Shown one piece after another: positions 42,498 to 56,499 of a DNA stretch of 64,000 nucleotides. The notes beneath the pieces are model-generated. The model made no database searches. It had not been told where the DNA came from and worked only from the letters and a program-made list of their open reading frames with translations. The translations under genes were made by a program, and so were the position numbers. The stretch covers positions 11,044,017 through 11,108,016 of the forward strand of contig CM082592.2 in NCBI GenBank assembly GCA_040954595.2. Direction: 5' to 3'. The DNA is from Balanoglossus misakiensis. Taxonomy: Eukaryota > Animalia > Hemichordata. Within the stretch, counting starts at the first letter, position 1. Each line of letters begins with the position of its first letter.

Positions 42498-45219
42498 GTA
42501 TGTATGTTTGATCATCCTCGAGAACATGGCAGCCATATTCGCGTTGCAACTAATTTATTATTTATATGTTCAATATTTACTTACTTCTGTGTTCACCGCC
42601 AGTGAAAACCATCTGATACTCGCCCTTCGACGAGGCACGTTCACATATGATATTTTTCGTTTGAAAGTAAACTCGTGAAAATAATGTGACAATTTGACTG
42701 CAGTGGGACTTTAACGTTACCAGTATCGATCTAGGCGGAATTATTGGCCTAAAATTTCACTGCCTGCCATCGAACAAGTAATTTATGACGTCAAAGATAT
42801 ACGTGCTTTTATGTGCAGGTTCTTTTCTCCGTTCGGAACGACGAGCAACCATCGATCAAATCGTTTCGATTGATTAGATTTCTTCGGTAGATAATCAACT
42901 ACGTCATACAAAAATGGATTTGCGGAGGCCATGGCGGGGTGTTCAGTCCGACGTGAAATGCGAACTTCATATCATAGACTGGTCACGCGCTGTACATCGT
43001 TCAACTTTGTAAGGACGCCCTCTCTATCGAGAAAATCAAACTGTCGGAAGTAATACATCTACTCAAGTACACATCTGCCATGGACTCTGATAACTATGCA
43101 TTCAGTAGATCAATTAAACAGCTGGGATCAACATCGCAGAATATTCTAAACTTAGGGTAGAGGATAATCAACGGACATTTGATGAACGATGGAGGGTAGG
43201 GTCACAATCATTTTTCGTGCAACATAGGGACGAGGAGAAGGGTTGACAAATAGTGTCAATAAGTACACCCTGAGGATATTGATGGTGTTCCATTGAACCC
43301 CCACCCCACCCCTTTCGTAACAGAGCCCCACATTTATATGCACGCGATGGTTTTTCCACCAGTGTGTTAGAGTATCTAGGGCGCCCTCTCTCAGTATATG
43401 GACAGTGTATCAATAGGCTGTACGTGACACGCGTAAGCTCCGGGGATGATAGAGAGAATAGTTGTGAACATGCTTTATATTCTAAATGAAATAGCAGTTG
43501 TTATTCCAAACGACACCTTTGTATTGGTGCCAGCCATGCATGTATACATGTATTAAGAATACAAACGTTTCTACTTGAAAGCAAATTGGCTTCACAGAAC
43601 TATGCAGACACAGTTGTGAGACTTGGGGTTTGAGAGGAAAAAGGCCTGTCAACTATTAAATGAATTGAAAATCCCGACAGTGAATCTCGACAGTTTTTAC
43701 GTTTGATGTATTGAATGTTATGATTCCCGCACCAGCTGTTGTGTAGCAGCTTTTCTGTGGGTTAAGCCTCTACTGTTCCTGTAATCCGACCTTTGTTGCT
43801 AATATTTATTTTAATTCATATTAATGCAGAAATATTTCCCAAAGCTACGCTGTTTCATTATTAATATGGCGAGTATATGCTGTTCCGATTCATCTTCGGA
43901 ATATTTCACGAACCTGTACAACTAGTACCAATCGAGTAGAGAGAGAAAGTTGTATCGATACATTATCGTCATTTTTGAACTTTTTCGCACTCGGAGATAG
44001 CAACTGGCTGGAAGAGATACAATGAAATGAAAAATTTAATGTATCTCCTAATATCTCAGAGTATCTGTATTTGCAGTTATAATTGATATCAAAAGTCACT
44101 TGAGCGCATTGGATTATCGATTTTAAAAAAAGAGTAGTGACGTGTTTGATTTTCTATCTGCACAGCTATTTTTATCCCGACTTTTCGAATAAAGCGACAT
44201 GGAACAATCTGGTTATGAATAGAGCATTGATGGGTGACGTCATCAGCTGTCAGTGACGTCGTCTCATTAGGATAGCACTACTCGATAAGCGTTTTTAATC
44301 GGGGTGTCTCGACAGTGGAAACTTCTTTCAGCATTTGAATGAAAATGTGGGTTATAGAGAGAGTGTAATGAGAATCCGATATAACTTTGGGGGTGGGGGT
44401 ACAGGGGAACATGAGTTTTTACAAACGGCCGAGTAATTAACAATTGCTCAAATTGTTGCTCGATTTTTCCATGCTGTAATCGAAAAATAAATCCAAAATT
44501 TCCCAAGGCGCTCCCCGCTCACGGATATTAATTCGAGATATAAAGTAACACACACAATCGTGTGAATTAAAATTGAGATGTTATTCAACTAATAAGATTA
44601 CGACCAAATAATCTCAATGATTAGTCGCTGAAATAAAATGAAATAAACCTCGTCAAATCAACGGCAACGACCACGTGAATTAGTTGTCACGAATTTTCAG
44701 GTCCGAGTCAGAAAACCAGAATGGCATATTTTCTGTTTTTAATAGATTTAATAGCATCTACTTCATGGAACGTGCCAGGTTATGAGACCAATCGACCCTA
44801 GGGGTTTTCTCGAGACTCAGTTCGACTCTTTGGAGCTATGAGTTTGTGACTTCCACTAAAAAAAACGTATGTTTTCGGTTTCTGGGCGAGTTTCAAATGG
44901 CGATCAGATTTCAGGATGTCCTCGCATCACAGGGTAGAAATTTGGGCACGGCAACGACGCTGGAATCCTGTGTCTGTTAATAAGTAGACGGAAGATGCTC
45001 AGCTTATGTCAACTTCAGTGCGCTCTTAGGTTAGGTATAAACCAGAAGATACAGGGGTGATAACAGGTATTCCGTGTTTGAATGATAACATCACTTAGTA
45101 ACTGGCGATGATGATAGATACACTGGGATAATATGTAAACGATTTTGTGTGCTGACTTCACAACTACAAACGTGTTGTAAAAAGCAGACCAAAAACTGAA
45201 GGACATCGGAGTCGCGCCC

Positions 45220-45312
45220 ATGGCGGATTTTGGTTCTCTGTCAGACATCGGTAGTTCGGACCAAGAATTGCAGCCTTTGAAAGCCAGCCATAGTCAAACA
45301 TTGCACAGCGAG
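45220..45312 (+). other. Candidate first coding mini-exon (MADFGSLSDIGSSDQELQPLKASHSQTLHSE), phase 0
   Basis: GCGCCCATGG start context, 31 open codons, donor GAG|GTATGG followed by T-rich intron-like sequence. Confidence 0.4.
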
Positions 45313-48300
45313 GTATGGTTTTTTATTCTTTTTTCGATCCTGCTTTTAAAAGAGTTTATACACCAGCTGTGATTATTTGGCGGACAACAAGAGTGGACGG
45401 CCATTTTCAAATACAAGGGCGCTTGTGTTTACCAATGGAGATTCCGAGCGAGAGAAGGTTTTTTAAAGTTTCGCGATTTGCACAACAAAGGCTAGAAAGG
45501 GGAAGCCAATGGGTGAAAGTTACGCGTTGTCGACTGTCGCTGTCATGCGTAATAGCGAAAATTCCGACCCAACGCACACCCTGCATAGCTCACCGCGATC
45601 GAATGTAATTATACCAACACGGTTCTCCAAATGTCAAGCGGTTGTATCTTTTGTCGACCGTAGCACCCGGGCTCGTGGATTTTAAGTATTTCTCGGTCTC
45701 GACGGACAACTGTCGCCGATCAGTGTTCCCTTTTGGCCAGCACCGCGGAGCAAGTCACTTTACCATGTTGTTGTATAGACGGTATGCGCGGTAATACGTT
45801 GTGCCATGTCGTTGATTTGTATGAAGCGTAGAAAGAGTCGTGAAGAGGACTATCGGGTTCGGAACGAAACGGTACGTTCCTTTTAGTTCCCTTATATCAT
45901 ATTGGCATAAGTTCTATACTTCTGGCCCGGTGGTTTCATACGGCTATGGTCGTGATTTTATGCTACCTGCTGTACGTGCCTAAAGGGAAACACCACCATT
46001 GTTTGTGCCGATCGTGGCAGACGTGGTAAATAGGCCACAACCCACTCAGCCGTCCATGTAAATCGGTTTGTTTAATGTCTTTGGTGTCACCGACTGACCC
46101 GGGGTAAGTGTAATCAACATTAGCGCTGGCTGGCGTCTCGTGTTTAACAAGCATTCCCCAAATTCTAACTGGTGAAATAATGGTCGAGTATATAATGTTC
46201 ATTCCAACGAAGCTACATGCAGCGTTTAGTCAGTTTACACCAGCTACCAGTAATGTTGTCAAATCTCTTCAGGGTCAGTCTCACGAGTAAATATTTTGTG
46301 AGACGGGTAAACTGAAAACTTTCAATTATTGGAGTACAATCACGGTCAGTGGAGTGACTGTGGTACAATTAACACACAAAAAACTGCGTCAGCTGAAAAA
46401 TACTTCTCGTCTTACTTAATAGCTATCGGTGAAATGTCGCGAGGTTTTAAATCATCGGTAATGTGGTAGCGGAAGCGTATAACTTATGGTCAGCAGACCG
46501 ACATACATCATGGTCTTGTCAAAAACATGAGCATATACACAGACAAACAATAGCAACCTATGACCTATGAGTGTTTCATTACCCCATGTAAAAGACACCA
46601 GCCTGAAGGTATAGGTTTTCGTTGGGAGTGTGTCTTTCCTTATAGAAACGTATGGAAATTGCTTTTTTTCGTACAAAAATTCTACAAATAGCTGTCAGAA
46701 ACCAGTTATAGTGCTTTTGTCATGAATAATACGCGACTTCTCGCATGCTGTGGACTAGATTGTTACCCTTGTAGTATTCGAATAGCACACGACATAAATG
46801 CAAGTCGTGGTCATCAGTGTCACAGCGGGACAAGCGGCCACATGTCACCATCACAACTCATGAAACCTTGTCACTCTCTTTCGGGTTCCAACATGCCATT
46901 CTGAATCGGTGCCAGAAACTGGCGACCCCAAAATTGTCACAGATATCAGTATTTCCAGTTGCCTATGTGGTGTCATATGCAGCAAGCTAACACGTGCAAA
47001 TAACTACACACCGTCGTTCCTTCCTAATTATCATTTTGACTGCCAGGATGACGTAACTGTTGTATTTATCGCTGTGCTGTACAGATAAGACTGGGTCCGC
47101 TTGTATATAACTCATAATACTCCCCCAGAGATATGTGTATTTTAATTCACAATTTTTAAATGTATTATTCGTAGTTTCTTAATCATATAAAATTGCTGCA
47201 TGCAGTATGAATATAATTGATATTGATATGACCTGGTGGTGGATATGGACGCGGGGTTCCATGTAAATAACACGTGCACATGTGTGACCTGGTTATTTGA
47301 GCCACTGGAAAGACTTTACATTTCGAAGTTCTGCAACTTGACTGATTTTTGAAATATACTCTGGGCGTGCACCATAGTGTGCTCTCTTCAAGACAGTTAT
47401 ATTACGTGTTTACCGGCGTCTTAATATTATCTTGGGGCTTTGTTAGATTATGCGTTGCCATGTATTGTCTGCTGTCATTATGGGATTAACGTTGTTTAAG
47501 GGAGCTATGTGGGGTGGGCGTTTACTTTAAAGAACAGCTGGTAAAGTCAACAGGTTTTTTCTTCTAACCGTTCACAGTTAGTTACAAGTTTCAATAATCA
47601 TTAACTATATCTGACATAAGTGGGGTATGAACTAATATTAGCCTGTATCAATGCATTTAACAATGCGAGTGATGTTGCCTGAAGCTACGAATTCCTTGTA
47701 CATGTATATGATCAATATACCTTCTACGTTATTGTTGGATTCCAGCGTTTAAAAATTCGCTCTTTTCATTGTTTTCTCCAAGGTCTGTCTCTAGTCCAAC
47801 CATGATTATTTTTTACATAACTATTTGTATCCTAACAATTGTACAGGTATTTCATTGCTTTTGCGCCAGTAAACAGAAGCAGAGTACGCCTGCGCATATT
47901 CGAAGAGATTTTCCGCTTGTTTACCAACATGGTGACAACCGTCACCTTTCTCGCGAATATTTATGACGCGTGCATAATTTGATACGATTTTGTGGTGAGG
48001 GCGTGGTCACTTAGCAACCGAGGCGGTTACGATACGAGAAAATACATGATCGTGGAATTTCGCTTACCTAGTTACGAACTGTCACAACTTGATTTCGTCC
48101 ACACGATAGCTGAAAAGTCAGAAGCTTCCGGTCCAGCAATTGACGGGAGTCTGGGAAAAAAGCAGAATCCAATAATTTGTTGAACTAATCGAATCAGATT
48201 AAGACGGAGATGACGGCAAGGGTTCGAAATAACGCTAAAAATTACATTCCAATTTCCCCGCACCGTAACTGACGCGAATTCCTTCAATTACAGAAGTAGC

Positions 48301-50813
48301 GTGTTAACCTCTTGAACACCAGAGATTATCACTGCAGTAAGCCTCGCTCAGATTAAATTGTCGTCCAGGGAAGCTCTTGCTCGAAATTTAAAACCGAATA
48401 CGTAAACCCGCATATATATTTATGCGCAAGGCGGATTTTTGGTTTTAAAAAATTGTATGGTATTTTTATCGATAAAAAACTATTTACATGGATCAGTGAT
48501 CTATAATATAGACGGAACAAATGAATGAAATCGATCCGGTTGTGTATAAATTAATTAATGCGTCCTTGAATCTGCATAATTGCGTCAATCGGTGAAATGG
48601 ATAGGACTTGGGATGATGCGGAGTCCTTACCAACACATGTTATTGTCTGGCTAACGTTGAAGCTAATTGAGGAAGTAAATACTAACAATGTTTGAATGCT
48701 CAGGCCTCATAAATCACATTGTTTTGTCGTTTGTTCACCCAGAAGTCATGGAACGTTTCTCAGATTTCTGACTTCCTGTTGAGCAAATTCAAGCCTCTGT
48801 TCCGCTATCGCCAATACCCGGCATGCATTGCTGCCGTCGCCATCTTTTATTTTGTTGTGTATCCATAAAAAGGGAAGAATTTTCAGAGTGTAGTATAATA
48901 TAAATAATAAAGCCTTTAGAAAGAGAATACTCAAAATACATCTACATTCCTGACAGGATCAGATCGTGATTACTGTCGTTGGAATTGGCGTATTCGGAGT
49001 TTAAAAACCAAGTTATTATGCGAAAGGGAAGTAAGCTGGCCGTCTACTTTGATATTTATGAAACAAATTACAAGCCTGTGTTCGCTTGGCTTATCAGAAT
49101 GTGCATCGTAATCCTACAATATCATTTTATTAACTTCAATCAACCACATGCCTTGACATATAGAACATTACAGTAGTGTGTTGCTTAAAATTAGATAAAC
49201 AGCTTGATCCAGTCTGGTTACATTTCGACCGTGTGGACTTCGTCTGTCGTCTGCTATGGGACAGAACATGGCTAATACAATTAGCCAAAAATGCCAAAAA
49301 CTCTGCAGCTGGAACTTTATATCATTACAAGTTATACTTCCTGCCACACGCAAAAACGCACATACTTGTTTCCATGGCCTTGAGAGATCCAAGAGTCTTA
49401 TTCACATCCGTTTTAGTACGCACACTCTCTCTTATTACACCATCGTAACATCAGAACGGTCGATCGTGTCTCATCATGTTACTGACATAACATCTCTTAT
49501 GAACGACGTGAACGGAATAACTGAACTCCGCGCACCCGGAAAGTACAGACCATCTCGGTTCCCCCCTGTCAAAATCCGCATCGCATGTCGCCCGCCTGGA
49601 ATGGATTGGCTTAGAAAACACCTACGGGACTTCGTGAACTACTTTGTTGGTTCTGGTAAGAGTGACTGTTCGGAGGGCGTCGCCGCCACCAAGCAAGAAA
49701 GCACACCACCATCGGTAACTTGTAAACTTGGCTATATTATTTCAAAGCTGGTGTGGTTCATACGTCACACAAAATTGGTTACAGGGTTGCTTAAATTTAG
49801 AAACTCGACTCAAGTTTATTCTCACATGATTCTCATTTCCATACCTTTGCTCGGATGAGACCCCGGGTCACATCTAAGTATAGGTATGGGTGTGACTTTT
49901 AGTTTGGAACACAATAAGTACATTGTACTATTTTAATAATTTCAATAGGGTTACGTCAAAGAAAACGACCGCGACGTCATTGGGTGAACTTGATTTCAAT
50001 GATGACAGACAATGAAAAAAACATGTTTTCAATCTTCATTTCATCCCAAACAAATGCACACAATACCATAGAGCACTCATAACATTATTAGTTCGTTTCC
50101 TCCAATGCAAGTGAATCAGACACTGATATGAACCAAAAAAACAAGCCAACACATGATCCTCCGAAAATAGACGCCAACTTATCATACGGCGTCCCCTCTC
50201 TAACATAGAAAGCCTCGACGCGACCTTTTGACTTCAATCTAAACAGTGGATACTGCTAGAGTTCGGTACCATCATCTCCGTGGTACCATGGAAAAGGAAC
50301 ATTTCGAAGACTGGCCATGCAGCGAAAACAATGCAATGTGTTCGATGAATGCGCTTCAATTTAGAAGGATTCGCCGTGATGTGCGAGGAAGAGCGAGATT
50401 GGCCGACGATTAGAAACTCTTTTATCTCATTGTCACGGTCGATAAATGTGTCCAAGGAGAGCGGCTGAAAGATTGGGGAATCTTTAGTGGTAGATTCGTG
50501 GTTTGAGCAGACATCTGAGTTGGCGACATGCCTTCATCAACTGCTGTAGATGTAGGTTGACGTCACTGGCATCACGATACGTTGGCAGCTGCGACTTGTG
50601 TGCGCCAAAGCGAGAATATTTGTTTGGTAGACCACGTATATACCATATAGGAAGTCTGTCATTTCGTACTGAAATTAATTTTAAATATTTTCTCTTTTAC
50701 TTCCTCAGAGGGACCATGGACTGTACACAACGAAGATCACCCTTGCACCACACATTCGGCGAGGCGGAGGGTCTGACGGACACGGCGAAAGTCATGGCGG
50801 TGGATTCGATTTC

Positions 50814-53800
50814 ATGGAATCGTATACGGACACAGAGTATAGTTACCAAAGACACAGTACACGAACTATCATAGCACTAATCGTTGCTATAATAATAGTC
50901 GCCGCCATTTTGGGCGCAGTTTTATTTAGTATGTACGTCTTCAACGAAAGTAGCAGTAAGTACGATTTAATGTCTGTCTGCATTTGTTCGTCTGTACCTT
51001 CTCTCTCGAATACATGTAAACACACGCGTTTTCATTCTAAAATAGGCTTGACGCGAAAGTTTTATGACCAACCCCCTTTTTAGTAAATCAAATATAACAT
51101 TTCTCTTGTCCTCGACAAATTCTGTAATACATGTATTTCAGAAAACATCCAATTCATGTGAAGGTCACTATGTCAGGAATTATTGATAAAATAATAATTC
51201 GAATTCTGATTTCGCCGTATAAATTCAGAACACTAGGGAGTATATAGTGATTTCGATTTGACTGGACGGATGAAAGGGTAAAGTGTTGTGTACACGAATG
51301 TTAAATTGGATTTGCTACCAATTGAAACGTTTGACTTCTCCCAGTCGTCGATTTGGGTCTACGAGAGATGCATTTATAGCAAAGCGGAATTACTCTTCTT
51401 GTGTAGGTTTCAAAAAAAGACCCATTACCTCACAGAATTACGGCTCTGTTTTATGAACGCCATGTGGTTGCCATGGTTATGATTGTCGTTGGCGTCGATG
51501 ACGGAAACCAATGCAAGCGACATCCGAGAGAAATTTGGCGTTATCGGCACTCAGAAACTAATTTCTAATGCACCAAACAATTACTCAAAACCTAAAATAC
51601 CGACCAAAATAACTAAACAGTGAAATAACTGAGATTGTGCTTGAAATCTTAAAAACAACCCCGATGCCAACATTATTACAGACTAAACTAAAATTATACA
51701 TAAAATCGTGCTGCTGTCAGCGCGTTCACTCGTAGGCGAAAAAAATATTGCCAAAAATAATGTGATATCATTTGATGAAAAATGAATTGACATTTGTCCG
51801 TATCATGTCAGAGAACAGTTTCTGCGTGGGCGTACCAAATGATGTAATTTCAACACAGACTATACACGCAATCCAAGCGGTATGCTTTCACTATTGTTGA
51901 CGTTGTAAACGACATATGTCCACCCTTTACAATGTCCATGTTTTTAAATATCGAGGGAGTCCCATGAAATAAGTTAACCTCTGAAAAATAGAGTTTTTTT
52001 AACCAAGAGGTAAAGGGAATGCCAAAATGTCTGGGTTATCATTCTGGGTCCAAATATTCTAACCAGATACCATGAAATAGAAATGTGCGATTTTTGGATT
52101 ATACGAGTGTCAGCATACCCACTTAGTGTTCTTTAAATAACCCATGCCCCCATTTTATTCGTCATTGTACGTTTACCCTTTAATTGGTATATATATCTTC
52201 CGGATATTGGCCATTTCACTTGGTAATAAATATAGCACATCGCGATAATGTCATTGTGGATGTCTTTAGCGGACAAATTAACATTTCATTATTTTCTGTG
52301 ACCTTTCACAGATGGGGAACACCATTCGACATGTGCTGTCGCCTAAAGTGGGGTTCTGACACCATCTTGTTGTTAACAGCACAAAGTCTATCGTTTATGA
52401 CTCTACCTTGATGAAAATCTCTTAACCCCTCAACTTGTCAACAATACATTACATTTGTACGGTGTAAAATTCACCCTTTGTAAACACCTAAACGTGTGCG
52501 CTCGGCTGTAACTATACGACGGGGGTTTTATATTGCAATATGGTCAAACGGAATAATCTTAATGTGACATGGCATGTCGTTCTGTTCTGACAAGCCCAAT
52601 CTGTTAAATTGCTATGAGAATTAACATACGCGTGGTCGTGTTTCACTCACTACAATTTACCAGCAAAATAACTAAGCCATTCGTTGAGGGCACCCGCCTA
52701 AGGCCAAACTAACCGCATTCACTAGAGATATTCACGCTAATCTCAATGCAGTAACCCTGTCGAGTCGATTTGCAACTGTCCAAAGCAAAATGGGATTGAA
52801 ATGTCACGATACCACACGGTGTCGGTGGGCGGACGTTATAAAAAAAACTTTTCAATATAAAACTACATTATCGTGCGGCGCCTTTATGAAGGTTTGGCAG
52901 TCGTAAAACTTTCACTGGTTTTGATCAATTTTGACTGTCGTGATAGGAATTGTAGCTGCGTTGGTTTTATTCTGATACCATGCAGCAACACAGGGAAATT
53001 TATTATGAGAGACAGGGTCGATTTCGAATTGCAGCACTTAGCCTACATTCTATAATGACGACTGACGTCACGACAGAAGACAAATATCAAGACTTGATTT
53101 TAAGAGACTAACTTTGATCAAACTCTTTCCAGATATTGAAATACCACCCACCAAGCCACCAGTAATTATTGGAGAAAATTCAACTCTAACAATCGAACAG
53201 TCACTACAGATCACATCCGATTGGCTGCTTTCGCAACGGAACAGCCAATACGGTTGGAGCAGTACACCGCAGGTTCTGGTGGCACTTCGGCTGAGCAGGC
53301 CGGATTGGTTCGTGGACGAGAGTCGAACACCTGGTATTCAGGAAATGAATACGCAACTTAGTATTAAACAGATGAATACAGAACTGTTGGAAGAAATGTT
53401 GCCGGTGGCAGAGTAAGTTTTCTTTGGTCTCAGTCACGGTGCCTTGCATCATAGCTACTGTTAAAGCCCCACTGCCACGTATAGCATATTTGTAATCGAT
53501 AAAACGCTGAATTTTACTATTTTTTCTGTATTTCAGCCGTAAAGATGACGAAGTGCGTTATAAGGACCTACGGATGCCAGCGGGCCATTTAGCCATGTAT
53601 GTAAATGCCCTGGTGTCATCCTGCCAGAATCCGGCGGATTTCCACAAATATGATATGACATACTCGTTGGTGGTGGACATGCAGGTCTTTGCAGATGAAG
53701 GAAACAGCAATTATTACTACAAAAGTTTGGCGCTTATAGCACTTTGCAATTCGGATGCCAGGGTGCTGAATGAAGACATTGCTGACGTCAAAGATGCCCA

Positions 53801-55855
53801 GCTGTCAGATGGAAGCTACCGACATGGAATAGGTTCGTTCACCAGAAATGTTAATGTCACAGAACTATTATGTAATTGTTGATCAGGATGTTTTCACTGT
53901 TTTTGAAACACCTGACACCAATTCTTACAACTAAATATAGTATCTTTCTTTCGTAGATGTTGTAGACGTAAAATTCTGTACATGCGCTCTGGTCAGTCGT
54001 GTTGTTTTCACCATGGAAACCAAGACACCAGTGACTGTGGTATGACACAATGCTAAACCACAGACAAAGGGATGGTTTCTGTAGCAGCACTTTTTTACCG
54101 TTACTAGTAACAGAAAACCATAAATATTAACATAATGTCTCATTTTGTCAAAACAGATGCCACGTCGATGGTTGTGGTGGCGCTGTCCTGTTTGTCTCCA
54201 AACAAGAGGAAGAAGACGGATGTCGACGACACAGTATCCAAGGCTGTCGAATACATCCTAGATCAACAGGGTAGTGATGGCAGTTTTGGGAACGTGATAA
54301 ATACAGCCAATGCAGTGCAGGTGAACTCTTTAGTGATATTTCGTTAACATACTCATCTAATGCTTACTCCCAATGTAGCTACTATTAAACTTAGGTCCCT
54401 GTGCAATTCTTCTCAATTCTAGAACGAACTAATGATGAGACTTTCTTGTAGGCGTTATTGTCCTCTGGGATCGAATCTGACAGCCCAACGATAGAAGATG
54501 CTTTGCAGTGGATTCTAAGGAGACAGAACCAGGACGGTTCTTTTGGGTCCGTGTCGCAAACTGCCCAGGTCTTGCCAGCTCTTGCTAAGAAGTCTTACTC
54601 CGATATTAAGAAAGAAACAACTTGCGTTGGTAAGGAAACAACCTTGAATTTGGTTGGTTCACAAAATGATATGATGCCAGTATACGTGGGGGTGGGGATG
54701 GGATGGATAGATTATCATTAACAATTTTCTTCCTTTGATTTGCAGCGGCCCCAACCATGCCGATAACTGACCTCATCACCGTCTACCTATCCGTGAAAAG
54801 CAACGTCATGGGCGACAATAACGTCACAGAGCCCAAGGCCGTCACTATTCCGGTCACTGTGGAATCTGGGTCAAGTCTGCTCGATGTCATGGACAACGCC
54901 GAACAAGCATATGGCGAGCAATTTACGTATGTATAATGTACCTCAGGGGAGGTTTTAGATATCCCGGTTTTGACTTTTCCGTCAAACTCTCCTACTGTTA
55001 AACTAAACACTGTCCAATCGCTAAGAGACCAAACAGTATAGGTCTACATATTTCTTCAATATCACTTACGTACCCATGGAGTTTATAGTATTTTCTGTAC
55101 AAGGAAAGCGGTCGACTTTCCAACACATTTGTTTCAATGCATATCGTTGACATTCCCTTTGACGTCACATTTTCAGATTTAATGCCAGAGGAGGCAGCTG
55201 GGGATCATTTATCGAGTCAATTAATAACCAGGAAGCAATAGAAGATGAAACGTATTGGGCAATACTTACCACAAAGGATGCAGAAACGTCTTTAGGTACG
55301 TCTGGTTGTCGTTGAGGGCGCTGTGGTGACTCAATGGTGATGTCGCGATGTCCTTGCATGTACAAACGTGGCAAACTACACTACACTTTTCATACTACCA
55401 ACTCATGTTCTAGCTAAAATATGTGCGCTTTCTCACCAGTTCTTCTCCAGAAGGCTGGACCCTGCCTCGGGCATGCTAAATCCTCCCAATGTTAAATGTA
55501 AATCGGGGTTCACAGTCTCCAGAGTCTCTCCCTCGCGTTTTCCGCTCGAGCTCCACGATGCTGCGCAGGTATCGCGCAGGTACCATATGAAGTTGCCGTA
55601 AAATGTCGTAGATTTGCGACGAAATGTTGCGACATTGTCAAAATTTTCCAGCATAGTGGTGAGAACGTGTGAAAAAGCAAAATTGCTCACTCGTTTACTT
55701 TGAATATCCATGCATCATAGAGTGGGTAATTGTTTATACAACTTACAAGTATATTTTTAACCATCTTACGTTTTATTTTTATTTTCTCAGGCGTTGATGA
55801 CATCAGACCACAGAATGGGGACACCATTATTCTTCTATACACATACGTCACATGA
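50814..55855 (+). CDS. Cobalamin-binding protein, transcobalamin/intrinsic factor-like, paralog 2, with predicted N-terminal transmembrane anchor (474 aa from ATG 50814; may extend upstream)
   Basis: Exons 50709/50814-50955, 53133-53412, 53537-53832, 54157-54320, 54452-54629, 54746-54926, 55177-55295, 55791-55855; all phases compatible (1,2,1,0,1,2,1). Family-like motifs GHLAMYVNALVSSCQNPADF, NYYYKSLALIALC, IDATSMVVVALSC, DGSFGNVINTANAVQAL, TAQVLPALAKKSY, SWGSFIESIN..YWAIL..GVDDIRPQNGDTI. The first-exon join rests on phase only. Confidence 0.88.
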
Positions 55856-56478
55856 AGACAACAGCTAGGATATTTGGTGCTTTTATAGATCTTTCCTCTC
55901 ATGTGATATTTCAATTTACAAAATTGTAAAAATTACAGTTCTACACTACATGTATTTCGTAGCCTTTTTGTATGTCATTCAAGTTGCACTGGCTCAAAAT
56001 AGGGGAGAACCAGATTTGATTTCAGGGGGGTGGAGGATGTGCGTATGCATGTCAGAAATTCTTTTTTTCAGCCACTGTTACAGCAACTTTTTGTCAATTG
56101 CCAGTCCATCTTTTTTTCTCAAGATTGCAGAAGAAATTTCCTGTGCACTATCTGTCAGTTCTCATGAAATCTTGATCACTAAAAATGGCTAAATCTTTGT
56201 GGACTGTAAATACTTTGGCTAAATCTATTAATTAGCAAGTTGTATGGAGCAAAAAAACATGGCTAAGTATGCATGTGTGTACGTGCAAGTGTTTGTGGTA
56301 ATATGCTCTGCTGATGTTGCCCTGAAATGCTGGTGATTTTATTCTGAAAAAAAGGAACATTTTAAATATTTATGTGTGCTCTATCATGATTCCTGAACAT
56401 AGTATTTACCCACACTGCCAGTGTACTTAGAAACTCAAGTGTATTTTGTAAATGTTACCTTAAACTTATTGTAAACAT

Positions 56479-56499
56479 ACACACACACACACACACACA
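56479..56499. repeat. (AC)n microsatellite
   Basis: About ten perfect AC units. Confidence 0.9.

Noticed and set aside
49256-49858. 200-aa ORF as a standalone gene
   Set aside because: No recognisable domain and random-looking composition; only the short internal ATG-to-donor segment is exon-like.
32870-51481. RFX X-box-like (32870, 51468) and CTCF-like GCGCCCTCT motifs (e.g. 43381)
   Set aside because: Short degenerate matches are expected by chance in 25 kb and none can be tied to a promoter without chromatin data.
53537-54629. Squalene cyclase/prenyltransferase suggested by repeated QxxDGSFG motifs
   Set aside because: No DxDD-type catalytic motif seen; the barrel is followed by a transcobalamin-type beta domain, so these are shared alpha-barrel repeats.
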